A DNA stretch of 64,000 nt from Chloroflexota bacterium (GTDB taxonomy: Bacteria > Chloroflexota > Anaerolineae > Aggregatilineales > Phototrophicaceae), in the NCBI GenBank assembly GCA_026707665.1, contig JAPOWK010000093.1:12137-76136 (forward strand), given 5' to 3'. A model generated the notes under the pieces. That model did no database searches, had not been told where the DNA came from, and saw nothing but the letters and a program-made list of their open reading frames with translations. Below, one piece after another: positions 45,321 through 53,439 of the stretch. Each line of letters opens with the position of its first letter. The stretch's first letter is position 1. The position numbers and the translations under genes were made by a program.

Positions 45321-45440
45321 CCTGTTTCGCGTCTGAACTGATTATAGCAGGCGCGCCAATCGGCGGGGCTTCTAATTCAACTGTAGACACCCGCGCGATG
45401 ACGCCACCGTCCACGCAAAATACCTCGCATCCTGCGTGTT

Positions 45441-45490
45441 TGGCTCCCCCTCCCTCTCTATGGGGGAGGGGGCCGGAGGATGAGGCGCGC
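45441..45490. repeat. G/C-rich hairpin repeat (GGCTCCCCCTCCC-tctcta-TGGGGGAGGGGGCC plus a GGAGGATGAGG tail)
   Basis: Inverted repeat read directly. Same family as 14808-14866. Confidence 0.65.
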
Positions 45491-45556
45491 CGCCCGCAAC
45501 AGCGCCCAATAATAGAAAGGAGTCAGGAACGGAGACCGGGCCCCCGCTCCCGTTGT

Positions 45557-45982
45557 TTAGCTCTGCAACAGATTATCCAGCTCGGCTCTGATGCCGGCGT
45601 CATTGAGAACGCCAAACCAGCGTCCCACAGTGGCGCCATCGGCATTGACCAGGAAGTATTGCGCTTGCGCGGTCGATCCCAACTCGGCTCGCTTGGCGTC
45701 ATGCGCGGAGTTATCGACATCGAGAACGACAAACTCAATCCGACCCGTGTACGTTTCTTGCAACCCACTCACGGTAGGTTGATTGCGGCGACAGGTCGGT
45801 CACCACGATGCCCAGGACTCATAGAAAGTAAAGCGGGGCACGCTCGGCTCGGCGACCACCTCCGGCGACGACGGCTCGGTTGAACCTGAATCGCCCACTA
45901 ACATAGACCGCAGCGCCGAGCAACCGCTAAGGGCTAGCGCGCCGACAAGCAGCAGCACTATCAATCGAATCATTGCTTTCAT
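45557..45982 (-). CDS. Thioredoxin-fold lipoprotein with in-frame TGA at the first CxxC position (candidate selenoprotein; alternatively a pseudogene)
   Basis: ORF-track entries 45800..45982 and 45557..45772 are in the same frame (426 nt in total). They are separated only by TGA (45800-45802) and nine sense codons. The joined product is MKAMIRLIVLLLVGALALSGC (lipobox) ...RFTFYESWASW-[TGA]-PTCRRNQPTVSGLQETYTGRIEFVVLDVDN... Confidence 0.55.
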
Positions 45983-46154
45983 TTGCGCTCCATTTCATCT
46001 CGTATGCGCATTATCGTACGCTTCAATGCTAACGAAAGCGTTACACGATGCAAACAGATTCACACAGACGTATAGTAAGGGGCAATTTGCCAGCGCGAAA
46101 TGGATTTCTGCACCAATGGTGGCGGCTGACGCGAGCGTCGCTGACGGAATGGCC

Positions 46155-47177
46155 TCAAGCGCGAGGCGTCGCGGCCAGCCTCTCGGCATAATTCAGTTCA
46201 GCCTGTCGCCGACGGTAGGTCAGCGGCGGCGCGATTGGGTTTGCATTGAAGTAGTCGACGATCTCCGCCAGGTAATCAGGCAGCGCGCTATAACTGATGC
46301 CGAGTTCCGCTTTGCTTCGGCTATTGTCCAGGTCGCTCATCCATCGTTCGCTGAATGGCGAGCAATCGGGCATGAAGCCACTGACGATCAAATCGCTGCG
46401 CTTGGCGCTGATGCTTTGCGCTTCCGTACCCATGATCCCGGCAAGGATAGAAAGAAACTCAGTATGGCTGACTCGCTCGTCCTGAGCGATGTTGTACGCC
46501 CGGCCTTTGCCCTGCCCCGTATCGATCAATTGCATAATGATATCAACGACATCAAGCGCATATACGTGGTTCAGCGCGTAGTTGGGCGTTTCTGGAACGA
46601 GTATCGCCCCGCCGTCGCGCAGCCGAAGATAATAATTGAAAAGCCGATGGTAGGGATCGCGCGCGCTGTTGACCATTGGAAGGCGCAAGATAGTCGCCGG
46701 GAACTGTGAACTCGACCAGGCGGCGCGAAGCTGATCTTCAGCATCACGCTTTTCCACACCGTAAGTCCACTCCTCAAAGGCGTAGGAATTCGCTTTCGGC
46801 GCCGGCATCAAGCGGCCTTCGTAGTCTTCTTCGTGGAAGGGCCGCGGCAGACCCTCGCGCACCAGATATACCTGTCCGGTGCTGATGAAAATAAAGTGAT
46901 CGACATGACCGCGCAGGAGCTCAATTACGGTCCGCGCTTCATCGCCGCGGTACAAGACAAAGTCAACCACGACATCAAAAGACTTCGCCAGCAACGCACG
47001 CCGCATCTGCTGGTGGTCGGTTCGGTCGGCGTGCAATCGATGTATCGATCGCGGAAGTTCATCTTTGGTGATCCCGCGATTTAACAGCGTCAGGTCATAG
47101 CCGGATTCCACCAGCCGCTGCGACAGGTAGTGGCCCATGTTGCGGGTGCCGCCAATGATGAGAACACGTTTGGTCAT
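46155..47177 (-). CDS. NAD-dependent epimerase/dehydratase-family protein
   Basis: MTKRVLIIGGTRNMGHYL (Rossmann GxxGxxG). I chose the internal start at M38 of the ORF-track protein. Confidence 0.7.
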   Translation of the reverse strand: MTKRVLIIGGTRNMGHYLSQRLVESGYDLTLLNRGITKDELPRSIHRLHADRTDHQQMRRALLAKSFDVVVDFVLYRGDEARTVIELLRGHVDHFIFISTGQVYLVREGLPRPFHEEDYEGRLMPAPKANSYAFEEWTYGVEKRDAEDQLRAAWSSSQFPATILRLPMVNSARDPYHRLFNYYLRLRDGGAILVPETPNYALNHVYALDVVDIIMQLIDTGQGKGRAYNIAQDERVSHTEFLSILAGIMGTEAQSISAKRSDLIVSGFMPDCSPFSERWMSDLDNSRSKAELGISYSALPDYLAEIVDYFNANPIAPPLTYRRRQAELNYAERLAATPRA

Positions 47178-47414
47178 GATATGCCTAAACCGTAAATCAA
47201 CAATCTTGGGGCGAGATTCCGCCTGAATCAGAAAACGCGAAACCTGGCGCTGCCCGCAGACAAGAGCGCCGGTCGGCCGGCGCATCACGGGCGGGAGCGC
47301 CGGACAGCGCTGTTACAATCTATTGTAACGTCGTAAAGGAGTAGCCACAGGAGATTTGGCGCCATTTGTACACATCGCCTAAGGGGCGCCAAGGTCCGGC
47401 GCCCGATTCCGCCC

Positions 47415-47444
47415 TTGTCCAAACCGCTGATGCGCCACTATAAT
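47415..47444 (+). promoter_or_regulatory. Promoter candidate for tRNA-Lys
   Basis: TTGTCC (47415-47420), an 18-nt spacer, then TATAAT (47439-47444), 27 nt before the tRNA 5' end. Confidence 0.4.
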
Positions 47445-47470
47445 CTTGAGTCGCAAAGCTTGCAGCAAGA

Positions 47471-47544
47471 GGCCCTGTAGCTCAATTTGGCAGAGCAAGC
47501 GACTCTTAATCGTTAGGTTGAAGGTTCGAGTCCTTCCAGGGTCA
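47471..47544 (+). tRNA. tRNA-Lys (anticodon CTT)
   Basis: GGCCCTGTAGCTCAATTTGGCAGAGCAAGCGACTCTTAATCGTTAGGTTGAAGGTTCGAGTCCTTCCAGGGTCA. Anticodon loop CUCUUAA, T-loop GGTTCGAGTCC. No CCA is encoded. Confidence 0.9.
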
Positions 47545-47559
47545 CTGACAGCGAATCAG

Positions 47560-47586
47560 GCGTCTCCAGCGAGGCGCTCTTTGTTT
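47560..47586 (+). terminator. Rho-independent terminator candidate after tRNA-Lys
   Basis: 7-bp stem GCGTCTC/GAGGCGC (one G-U pair), loop CAGC, followed by TCTTTGTTT. Confidence 0.45.
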
Positions 47587-47610
47587 CGCGATACCGACTT
47601 TGCGCGGACT

Positions 47611-47964
47611 TTATCCGATTGCGCGTTTGAGAGCGTCCTGATAACCCAGGCGCATCCGTTGACTGACGCCCGCTGTCGGCGCCATGTTTTCCCCACCATG
47701 ATACATGCCAGGTATCACGACCAGTTCAGTCCGGACGCCGGCCGCCATCAGGCGCTGCGCATAATCAATGTCTTCATCGCGGAAAAGATCTTCCGTGGCG
47801 ACCGTGACAAAGGCCGGCGGCAAGGCGTCGACCATTGCTTGCATTAGGCCTTCCAGCATGGCGCGCGCGGCCGGCGGGTCGTCGCCGCATGCGGTGACCA
47901 ATTCGGCTGGAAACAATTCGATAGCTTCGAAAAGTTCTGGATCGACTCGGTCTATGAATGACAT
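47611..47964 (-). pseudogene. In-frame internal-deletion remnant of the alpha/beta-hydrolase paralogues (117 aa; N-terminal ~48 aa fused to C-terminal ~68 aa)
   Basis: MSFIDRVDPELFEAIELFPAEL...MVDALPP-AFVTVATEDLFRDEDIDYAQRLMAAGV...ALKRAIG aligns with both ends of the 315-aa copies. It lacks the HGGG and GxSxG regions. Confidence 0.6.
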
Positions 47965-48024
47965 GGGATGCCTCTGTGGGAATATGTGAGAGTTGCGTGG
48001 GCCCGCTCGGCTGCGCCATCGAAC

Positions 48025-48972
48025 TCAGCCGATGGCGCGCTTCAGCGCGTCGCGATATTCTGTTCTCATCCGCCTGCTGACCACCGCATCGGGCACGGAC
48101 ATTTCGGCGCCGTGGTACATCCCGGCATAGACTTGCAGATCAGTCGGCACACCGGCGGCCATCAAGCGCTGCGCAAATTCAATATCCTCGTCACGGAACA
48201 AGTCCATCGCGCCCACCGTAACCAAGGCCGGCGGCAAGCCGCTAAGATCTTTGGCCCGGGCCGCCGCCGCATACGGGGACACACAATCTGTACCATATTC
48301 GTCGCCCAAGTACATCTTCCAGGCTTTGAATGACAGTTCACGGTTCCAGACTGTGGGATGCGTGACCGCGTGGCCAGAAGGCGTGTCATGTCTATCGTCT
48401 AGCATCGGGTAAATCAGCAGTTGGAAGGCGACATCATGCCCGGCATGATCGCGATTGTACAGCGATACACCCGCTGTTAAGCCGCCGCCAGCGCTCGCTC
48501 CGCCGATAGCGATGCGCATAGGATCGACACCCAGTTGACTTGCGCTGTCGAAAATCCAATTCAGCGCGCCTACGCAATCGGACACGGCAGCCTGATACCT
48601 GTTTTCAGGCGCGAGACGGTAATCCACCGAGACGACCGTACAGCCGACATGTTCGGAAAAGCCGATACCGTGGGGATCATTGCGTCCTGAGCCGATGATG
48701 AAACCGCCGCCATGGATCCAAAGCAGAGCTCCGCGCGGCGCCGGCGTCGGCGGTTCATAAACGACGATCGCGATCTCGCCATCGGGACCTGGAATGGTCC
48801 GCTCTTCGATCGTGATTTCGGACGGCTGCAGGTCGTCAGCAAGGGCATCCCAAATCGGCTGATACATCTCGCGCGCTTTCGGCGGATCATCGCCGACGGC
48901 CTTCATCAATTCGACCGGGAAGAACTCCAGTCCGCGCGCGATTTCGGGGTCTACTTGATCGACGAAGGACAT
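48025..48972 (-). CDS. Alpha/beta hydrolase (hormone-sensitive-lipase-like esterase), tandem copy 1
   Basis: LWIHGGGFIIGS (oxyanion HGGG), GGASAGG (nucleophile elbow), DLFRDE (Asp), MYHGAE (His). Confidence 0.8.
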   Translation of the reverse strand: MSFVDQVDPEIARGLEFFPVELMKAVGDDPPKAREMYQPIWDALADDLQPSEITIEERTIPGPDGEIAIVVYEPPTPAPRGALLWIHGGGFIIGSGRNDPHGIGFSEHVGCTVVSVDYRLAPENRYQAAVSDCVGALNWIFDSASQLGVDPMRIAIGGASAGGGLTAGVSLYNRDHAGHDVAFQLLIYPMLDDRHDTPSGHAVTHPTVWNRELSFKAWKMYLGDEYGTDCVSPYAAAARAKDLSGLPPALVTVGAMDLFRDEDIEFAQRLMAAGVPTDLQVYAGMYHGAEMSVPDAVVSRRMRTEYRDALKRAIG

Positions 48973-49043
48973 GGCTCGCCTCGCTATTATTCCGTCGCAA
49001 TATGACAGGTTTCAGCCGCGAATTTACGGTCTGTCCAGCTAGA

Positions 49044-49991
49044 TCAGCCGATGGCGCGCTTCACAGCGTCGCGATATTCCTTTCTCATCCGTCTGCTGAC
49101 CACCGCTTCGGGCACGGACATTTCGGCGCCGTGAATCATTCCCGGATAAACCTGCAAATCCGTCGGCACGCCAGCCGCCATGAGTCGCTGCGCATAATCG
49201 ATGTTCTCGTCACGGAACAAATCCAGGGCGCCTACCGTTACGAAGGCGGGCGGCAAATTGCTGAAATCCTTGGCGCGCGCCGCCGCCGCGTAAGGCGACA
49301 CTGGATCCCTGCCAAATTCGTCGCCCAAATACATCTTCCAGGCGGCCAAGGACACCTGACGATGCCAGACTGTGGGATGCGTAATTTCATGTCCCGATGG
49401 CGTATCATGCCTATCGTCAATCATCGGATATAGCATCAATTGCAGCTTAAGCGCAGGACCGCCCTGGTCACGGTTGTAATGCGCCAGCCCAGCGGTCAAG
49501 CCGCCGCCCGCGCTGCCGCCGCCTATTGCGATGCGCTCCCGGTCAATTCCCAATGCAGACGCGTTATCCACCATCCATTTCAGCGCCGCGAAACAATCGG
49601 CGATGCTCTCTTTGTAAGTCGATTCGGGCGCCAGGCGATAGTCCACTGAAACGACGGTACAGTCCACGTGCTCGGCGAATCCAACACCGTGATAATCAGC
49701 GCGCGCCGTGCCCACGATGTAGCCGCCGCCATGCATCCACAGCAATCCCCCGCGCGGCGCCGGCGTCGGCGGCTGATAGATGACGACGGGAATGTCGCCA
49801 TCCGGTCCGGCGAAGGCAGTCTCTTCAATCGTCACCTCAGTATGTGGTAGCGCGTCCCGCAATCTACTTTGGTACTCTTCCGTCAACTGTCGCGCTCTTG
49901 GCGGGTCTTCGCCGACGGCGACAAAGCGCTCAGCCGGCATCAGGTCGAGCGCGCCGACGAGTTCGGGGTCGATTCGGTCGATGAAGGACAT
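49044..49991 (-). CDS. Alpha/beta hydrolase (HSL-like esterase), tandem copy 2
   Basis: LWMHGGGYIVGT, GGGSAGG, DLFRDE, MIHGAE. 315 aa. Confidence 0.8.
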   Translation of the reverse strand: MSFIDRIDPELVGALDLMPAERFVAVGEDPPRARQLTEEYQSRLRDALPHTEVTIEETAFAGPDGDIPVVIYQPPTPAPRGGLLWMHGGGYIVGTARADYHGVGFAEHVDCTVVSVDYRLAPESTYKESIADCFAALKWMVDNASALGIDRERIAIGGGSAGGGLTAGLAHYNRDQGGPALKLQLMLYPMIDDRHDTPSGHEITHPTVWHRQVSLAAWKMYLGDEFGRDPVSPYAAAARAKDFSNLPPAFVTVGALDLFRDENIDYAQRLMAAGVPTDLQVYPGMIHGAEMSVPEAVVSRRMRKEYRDAVKRAIG

Positions 49992-50062
49992 GAGTCTGCT
50001 CCCTAGGTTTCCGGCGAGAAAAGTGGCGCCCTTATGGCGACTGCCCGCTCGCTCCGTCGCAG

Positions 50063-51010
50063 TCAGCCGATCGCGCGCTTCAAGGGCTCAAGGTAGCCCA
50101 AACGCATGCGCTTGCTGACATCGGCATCCGGCGCCTTCAATTCCGCGCCGTGATACACTTGGGCGTAAACTTGCAGGTCGGTCGCCACGCCCGCCGCCAT
50201 CAGTCGCTGCGCATAATCAATATTCTCATCGCGGAACAAGTCCAGCGTGCCGACGGTGACCAAAGCCGGCGGCAAAGCGCTGAGGTCTTCTGCCCGTGTC
50301 GGCGCCGCGTAGGGCGACACCTCGTCACTGCCGAAGTCGTCTCCCAAGTACATCTTCCAGGCTTTGAAGGACACATCCCGATTCCAGACGGCCGGATAGG
50401 TAACCTCGTGACTGGAGGGCGTCTCATGCGCGTCGTCAAGCATCGGGTAAATCAGCAATTGGAATGCCAGCTCGGGACCCTTGTTGTCGCGGTTGTAAAG
50501 CGCCAAGCCAGCCGATAAGCCGCCACCGGCGCTGCGCCCGCCGATGGCGACGCGTTGCCTGTCGATGCCGAGCTCGGCAGCCTGGTCCACCATCCAGTTT
50601 AGCGCGGTAAAGCTATCCGAGATGATCTCCCTGAATGTCACTTCAGGCGCAAGACGATAGCCCACCGAAACTACGGTGCAGCCGACAAAATCGGCGATTT
50701 CAACGCAGGGCGGGTCGTCGCGCTCGTCGCCAACGATGTAGCCACCGCCGTGAAACCAAAGCAGCCCCCCGCGCGGTCCAGGAACCGGCGGCTGATAGAC
50801 GGCCAGCGGGAGTTCGCAATCCGGACCCGGAATCGTCAATTCGGTAATTTCGACGTCCGTCGGCGGGAGCTTGGCGCGCGCTTCAAGGTTGACCTCATCG
50901 GTCATCTCGCGCCCTAGAGGCGGATCGTCGCCGATGGCCCGGTAGCGTTCGGCCTGATGGGCGTCGAGTGCGTCGACGATTTCGGGGTCGACTAGGTCGA
51001 GGAAGGACAT
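50063..51010 (-). CDS. Alpha/beta hydrolase (HSL-like esterase), tandem copy 3
   Basis: LWFHGGGYIVGD, GGRSAGG, DLFRDE, VYHGAE. 315 aa. Confidence 0.8.
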   Translation of the reverse strand: MSFLDLVDPEIVDALDAHQAERYRAIGDDPPLGREMTDEVNLEARAKLPPTDVEITELTIPGPDCELPLAVYQPPVPGPRGGLLWFHGGGYIVGDERDDPPCVEIADFVGCTVVSVGYRLAPEVTFREIISDSFTALNWMVDQAAELGIDRQRVAIGGRSAGGGLSAGLALYNRDNKGPELAFQLLIYPMLDDAHETPSSHEVTYPAVWNRDVSFKAWKMYLGDDFGSDEVSPYAAPTRAEDLSALPPALVTVGTLDLFRDENIDYAQRLMAAGVATDLQVYAQVYHGAELKAPDADVSKRMRLGYLEPLKRAIG

Positions 51011-51129
51011 GGGTATGGCTCCAAAGGTAAGTATTCGTCAAAATGCTCTACTCTAGTCGCACAAGATTATCGCAGTTGGCAATCGCAGGCAACTCTGTAA
51101 GAATGGTGCCGAATCGAAGGAGGAGCGAA

Positions 51130-52377
51130 ATGCCACAGATTGAAGTCATGCTGGAGGTTCCGCTGAAAATAGCAGCGGGCTTGGCGAGTGGTCAATTGGA
51201 GCGCGTTGGTGGCGTCGTGGTTGATGCAGCAAGCAAGCAAGTCGTAGCTTGGCTGCGCGAAGGCGGACAAATGGCCAACAATCCCGACCTTGCAGGCGGC
51301 CTTCTGAAGACTGTGCTTGATTTGAGCGCCGGTGGGTTGGCTTCAAATGCTATTGGATTGCTAGACACCGCGGTGACAGCGAGGTCACATTTCCTGATTA
51401 TGCAACAGTTGCAGGGACTTTCAAATTTGGTCGGATTCGCTGCAGGAATCGGCGTGCTGAATCTTGGCGCTACAATCATTTCGACTGCTGTCATGCTAAA
51501 ACGTCTTGGTGACCTTGAGAAGGCCATAGAAGGACTATATGAACTCGTAACAAAGGAATTCAGCCAAGATCGTCGGGTGAAGCTGGCATCCGCAATTCAA
51601 ACGGCCAAAAACGCAATGACATTTGAAGACAACGACCCTCGAACATTCCAAGCCAACTTGGCAATAAACAGCCTGTATGCGGCTCGTCAGCACATTTGGC
51701 TAGAAATGGACAACATGAAAGGCAGCGCAGGTACGGCTGAGAACAACAAACTGATGCAGGACAACTTGTTGCAAGCTATGCAATTGGATGAGCTTCGATC
51801 CAGGTGCCTGCTAGAACTGAACTTGCAGTCAAACGCACTAGAGTATCTAACGGAAAGTCTCGGCACCTATCGTGAGAGTACGCGTCATTTAATACATAGG
51901 CATCTCGGTGAACATCGCGCAGTGTATTTTCATAAGTCAGTTGCAGAAAGTGACCTGATGCGATACTTCGCCATTGAGCATTGGCTGCGGAGTGAGGGAG
52001 ATCGGCTCCTGGAAATTGTTCTAGCCAACCGACATGACTTTTGGAACAGGGACATTGCAAGCGAATCAACGGTCGCGGCGGCGGATAAGGACAGACGTCG
52101 TAGGCGACGTAAGCGGAATAAAGCTAGTTCGGACGATCAACCGCACATTGAAGCACTCACCATGTCAGAGCTTCTCATAGAAAATTATCAGCGCTTCGAG
52201 GGACTCCATGCGGAAATCCAAGCAATAGAACGGCTTCGCATTTCGCACTCGGATTGGGAAAACCAACAGAACGTTGCACTTGCAAAAGCTGAAATCAGCC
52301 TCGACGATCACAATGACTATGTGCTTCTTGTCGACGAAGATTGGCTGGCCGACCAGTCCGACTCAACTGCTGCCTGA
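51130..52377 (+). CDS. Orphan hypothetical protein (416 aa) with a Gly/Ala-rich hydrophobic N-terminal region, a helical body and a poly-basic patch
   Basis: Start ATG 51130 is preceded by AGGAGGAG. The protein begins MPQIEVMLEVPLKIAAGLASGQLERVGGVVVDAASKQVVAWLREGG. It has a hydrophobic segment LSNLVGFAAGIGVLNLGATIISTAVML and a DKDRRRRRRKRNK patch. It is visibly AT-richer than its neighbours. Confidence 0.55.
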   Translation: MPQIEVMLEVPLKIAAGLASGQLERVGGVVVDAASKQVVAWLREGGQMANNPDLAGGLLKTVLDLSAGGLASNAIGLLDTAVTARSHFLIMQQLQGLSNLVGFAAGIGVLNLGATIISTAVMLKRLGDLEKAIEGLYELVTKEFSQDRRVKLASAIQTAKNAMTFEDNDPRTFQANLAINSLYAARQHIWLEMDNMKGSAGTAENNKLMQDNLLQAMQLDELRSRCLLELNLQSNALEYLTESLGTYRESTRHLIHRHLGEHRAVYFHKSVAESDLMRYFAIEHWLRSEGDRLLEIVLANRHDFWNRDIASESTVAAADKDRRRRRRKRNKASSDDQPHIEALTMSELLIENYQRFEGLHAEIQAIERLRISHSDWENQQNVALAKAEISLDDHNDYVLLVDEDWLADQSDSTAA

Positions 52378-52555
52378 AACCGCGACAGTCACCTACCGCC
52401 CCCCTAACCCCGTCGCCTTGACCGCCCGCATATTCTGCCGCTGGAAGAGGATGTAGACCGCCAGCGCCCGCGCCAAGTTCACCCCCCCCATCCAAGTTGT
52501 CAAGATTCTGCGCTGTATGTGTCAAAATCCAGCTACGCGCAGTGAGAGGCAATTG

Positions 52556-52584
52556 TTGACAAAGGGTGCGCGCCGATTTATCGT
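52556..52584 (+). promoter_or_regulatory. Sigma-70-like promoter candidate for the SDR / enolase-superfamily / kinase / enolase operon
   Basis: TTGACA (52556-52561), a 17-nt spacer, then TATCGT (52579-52584), ~40 nt upstream of ATG 52626. Confidence 0.35.
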
Positions 52585-52625
52585 CATAGCCAGCATGAAG
52601 CGCATTCCGATTCGCGAGAGACCTG

Positions 52626-53402
52626 ATGTGTAAACGTTTGAATGGCAAGTCCGCATTCGTCACCGGCGCCGGTCAAGGTATCGGGCGCGGCATCGCTGAG
52701 CAGTTGGCGGCAAACGGCGCCAGCGTAACAATCGCCGAGATCAACGAGGAATCCGGCAACTCGACCGCCGACGAGCTTTGTCATGCTGGCTGCGAGGCGC
52801 AATTCGCGCAAGTCGATATTCGTTCCGAGGACGACATCAAAGCGGGCATCGCGGCGCACATGGAACGATTTGGCGCGCTCGATATCCTCGTCAACAACGC
52901 GGGACAGAATCAGCATTTCGATGCCTCAAAGATGACCGTGGACGAGTGGGAACAGTCCATGAGCCTAAACCTGCGCGGCGCCTGGCTCTGCGCCAAACAT
53001 GCCCTGCCAATCATGGCTCAACAGGAGGCCGGTGTCATCGTGAATATCGCCAGCGTGCACGCGACAATGACCATGTACAACTTCTTTCCCTATAATGTCG
53101 CCAAATCGGGCATCTTGGGATTGACGCGCAGCCTGGCGCTGGATTGGGGAAAACATAATATCCGCGCAGTCGCGGTCAGTCCCGGCTGGGTGCGCACGCA
53201 GCCGGCGATTGATTACTTGGAGCAAGCCGATGACCCGGCGGCCGAAGAAGAGCGCGTTCGCAATCTTCATCCGCTTAGGCGCATCGGCGAGCCAAAAGAC
53301 ATCGGCGCGCTGGTCGCCTTTCTGGCGAGCGACGAGGCGAGCTACATCACCGGCACGGAAATCGTAATTGACGGCGGCATAACGGCGCGTCACGCCGATT
53401 AG
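52626..53402 (+). CDS. SDR-family oxidoreductase
   Basis: GKSAFVTGAGQGIGRGIA, NNAG, and the Y..AK catalytic pair (YNVAKSG). Confidence 0.8.
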   Translation: MCKRLNGKSAFVTGAGQGIGRGIAEQLAANGASVTIAEINEESGNSTADELCHAGCEAQFAQVDIRSEDDIKAGIAAHMERFGALDILVNNAGQNQHFDASKMTVDEWEQSMSLNLRGAWLCAKHALPIMAQQEAGVIVNIASVHATMTMYNFFPYNVAKSGILGLTRSLALDWGKHNIRAVAVSPGWVRTQPAIDYLEQADDPAAEEERVRNLHPLRRIGEPKDIGALVAFLASDEASYITGTEIVIDGGITARHAD

Positions 53403-53439
53403 CAATTTGTGGCAGAGGCAATTGGGGGACTGACTAGCC

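Noticed and set aside
44362-45336. 324-aa + strand ORF rich in V/A/G/S
   Set aside because: It is the antisense shadow of the Thr/Ala-rich region of the 783-aa minus-strand protein. It is low complexity and has no start context.
45983-46154. Small palindromes (TAACGaaaCGTTA, GACGCgaGCGTC) between the thioredoxin-like gene and the epimerase gene, considered as terminators
   Set aside because: The stems are only 5 bp and have no U-tract, so they are not convincing as terminators or operators.
47471-52400. Integrated prophage or genomic island at tRNA-Lys
   Set aside because: I found no integrase, no phage genes and no direct repeat of the tRNA 3' end in the downstream 5 kb. Only the esterase array and one orphan gene are present, so 'island' is not supportable beyond a compositional hint.
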